In this document: positions 47,027-48,696 of the stretch, in pieces
How the letters are laid out: each line of letters begins with the position of its first letter
Numbering within the stretch: the first letter of the stretch is position 1
Assembly (NCBI GenBank): GCA_937911345.1
Contig: CALDPP010000197.1
Coordinates: forward strand, 1 to 48,696
DNA length: 48,696 nucleotides
Origin: an uncultured euryarchaeote
GTDB taxonomy: Archaea > Thermoplasmatota > Poseidoniia > Poseidoniales > Poseidoniaceae
Direction of reading: 5' to 3'
Translations under genes and position numbers: made by a program
The notes under the pieces: generated by a model
The model's input: the letters and a program-made list of their open reading frames with translations, nothing else
Told to the model about the DNA's origin: nothing
Database searches by the model: none

Positions 47027-48696
47027 TTTCACTCTCGAGGGGAATGTCATCCTGTCTTTGCTTGATACTTGATTTTCCTGACTTTCTCATGACCTTATTC
47101 ACTTCATGCATTATTTTATCAAGCAACTGTGGACCCCAACCCCTCATTCTTAGAACCTCGGATTTTTGCTTTTGGGACATATTTGCCACATCTGTAGGAT
47201 TCCTTATACCCTTGGTAGACAACTCTCTTGCCCGCATTCTGCCAACGTTTGGAATATTTACCAATGATAGCAAATCTTGCTTACATCCATGTCTCACTCT
47301 TAATCGTAAAATATCAAGCATTTTTACTATCTCTGCTATGTCTTTCATATGTTCATCGGAAAAAACATCATCTGTCAAAATTATTTCTCTTGACGCATGA
47401 ATTAGCCATTCCATTATGTCAACTCGATAATGTATGTCACCTGGATTAACATCAAGTTCTTTCTCTATAGAACGTATGTTATCTTCATTAGCCCACATCT
47501 CAACCATCCAAGCAGACTTAACATTACCAAGTAGCATTTCATCATAACTAGCATCAGAAAGTAATTCCTTTTCCACTGAATTTGTTTTAATCCATAAATT
47601 TGAATTGGCATCCATCTCAGAGTTTTTAGCCCACAGAGAAGTAAAATCCGGAGTTGACGTTGCGAGATGGAGTAGTCCAAAGTTAGTTACTGGCCCAATC
47701 TCTCTAACCTTTCTTCTAACAGCCCTTCGAAGACCGGTCCTAATCAAGGAAGCTGATAATGGATCTAAATAGAGTTGAGTTATTCTCTCTCCCATTGTTG
47801 TTGATTCATATTTCATACCTTCCGGATTTGATTTAGTTTCATGATGCCAAGCACCCGTATTACTGAGATTAGTTGCAATTGAAAAACCAAAGGCAGGTTT
47901 TGTGAAGGCAGATTTTCTGATTTTCTTCTCTGGTTGATTATTTTCTAAAATCTCTACACCTGGGACATTCTGAGCAGTGGTGGCCCAAATTGGAATATTA
48001 TCATCCCAGTCATCTGCGCCATCAACTCTTGAATCGGCTCGTTTTGCAGTATAAACTTCGTCAATACCCAGTTTACGTATGAAGCGTTCATCAATTAACC
48101 AGTTTAGCGTTTGGTCGATTTTTTCGGTCAGAATGTGTTTTGGAGTTGAATGACCTAAAAATGTTGATTCGAGAAAATCTCCAATCTCTCCCCGATGATT
48201 AATTCCCCCGGTAGATATTATTGACAATATATGGGTTCTAAGTGCTGGCTCACCGGAGAGTTTAGAGATTATCGGTTCTACATCTCCAAAGAAGTATTTC
48301 TCACTAACTAAATCTGCAACTTCCCAGCCATCTGTGCCTTTGCAAAGTATCCATGCTTCCCCGTAATCATCATACTTTGGCCGACCGGCTCTGCCAAGCA
48401 TTTGTCTTATTTCCATAACAGGCAATGGTCGGCTCATACCGTCATCCCATCGTTTTATGTCTCTAACTAGAACCCTTCGTGCAGGTAAATTTACGCCAGC
48501 TGCCAGTGTAGGGGTTGCTGTTAAACAATAGATAATGCCATCCTTAAACGCCTTTTCGATTGTCTTTCTTTGGCTGTGAGTTAACCCTGCATGGTGAAAT
48601 GCAGTACCGCCTTTCAAACATTCGACCAATTTATCAGCCATTGCAGATTGCCTATTACCCTCTATAGATGCGGCTAAAGAGTTTAGTTCCTGTAAT
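47010..48696 (-). CDS. hel308: Hel308/Ski2-like SF2 DNA helicase (5' part outside the window)
   Basis: AFHHAGL, ATPTLAAGVNLPARRV, QMLGRAGRP, LYLDP, HhH region GRMRAREL. Confidence 0.92.
   Translation of the reverse strand, partial: LQELNSLAASIEGNRQSAMADKLVECLKGGTAFHHAGLTHSQRKTIEKAFKDGIIYCLTATPTLAAGVNLPARRVLVRDIKRWDDGMSRPLPVMEIRQMLGRAGRPKYDDYGEAWILCKGTDGWEVADLVSEKYFFGDVEPIISKLSGEPALRTHILSIISTGGINHRGEIGDFLESTFLGHSTPKHILTEKIDQTLNWLIDERFIRKLGIDEVYTAKRADSRVDGADDWDDNIPIWATTAQNVPGVEILENNQPEKKIRKSAFTKPAFGFSIATNLSNTGAWHHETKSNPEGMKYESTTMGERITQLYLDPLSASLIRTGLRRAVRRKVREIGPVTNFGLLHLATSTPDFTSLWAKNSEMDANSNLWIKTNSVEKELLSDASYDEMLLGNVKSAWMVEMWANEDNIRSIEKELDVNPGDIHYRVDIMEWLIHASREIILTDDVFSDEHMKDIAEIVKMLDILRLRVRHGCKQDLLSLVNIPNVGRMRARELSTKGIRNPTDVANMSQKQKSEVLRMRGWGPQLLDKIMHEVNKVMRKSGKSSIKQRQDDIPLESENETDY

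Noticed and set aside
46448-48696. hel308-cgi121 adjacency and the rpl44e-PAC2 operon as novel
   Set aside because: Both are known conserved archaeal gene orders.

Overview
A gene-dense, low-GC archaeal chromosome segment. Gene content and protein style point to Marine Group II Euryarchaeota (Poseidoniales); this assignment is an inference. It holds core informational genes (tyrS, rpl37e, the rpl44e-rps27e-aIF2alpha-nop10-PAC2 operon, tRNA-Ser(CGA), ABCE1, rpl10e, Cgi121, Hel308, an RPA pair) and metabolic genes (two tandem squalene/phytoene synthases, glutaryl-CoA dehydrogenase, etfBA, purF, aroA, moaA, a polyprenyl synthase, tldD/tldE). It also carries bacterial-type mutS/mutL, a pilin and a minimal Tad/type IV pilus cluster. 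I saw no CRISPR array, integrase or transposase. The best candidate for an undescribed system is a translationally coupled pair of paralogous PD-(D/E)XK (RecB/Cas4-like, putative Fe-S) nuclease-OB-fold fusion proteins directly downstream of ABCE1. Other items worth checking: a phage-tail-like small gene heading the Tad cluster, a HemC pseudo-enzyme, a PCNA PIP-box on bacterial-type MutS, a gammaproteobacterial-like PurF in the archaeal rpl37e-purF position, a cysteine-depleted L44e, a triple-SAP protein, and an approximately 80-aa insertion in Hel308. All calls rest on motif recognition by eye; no searches were run.
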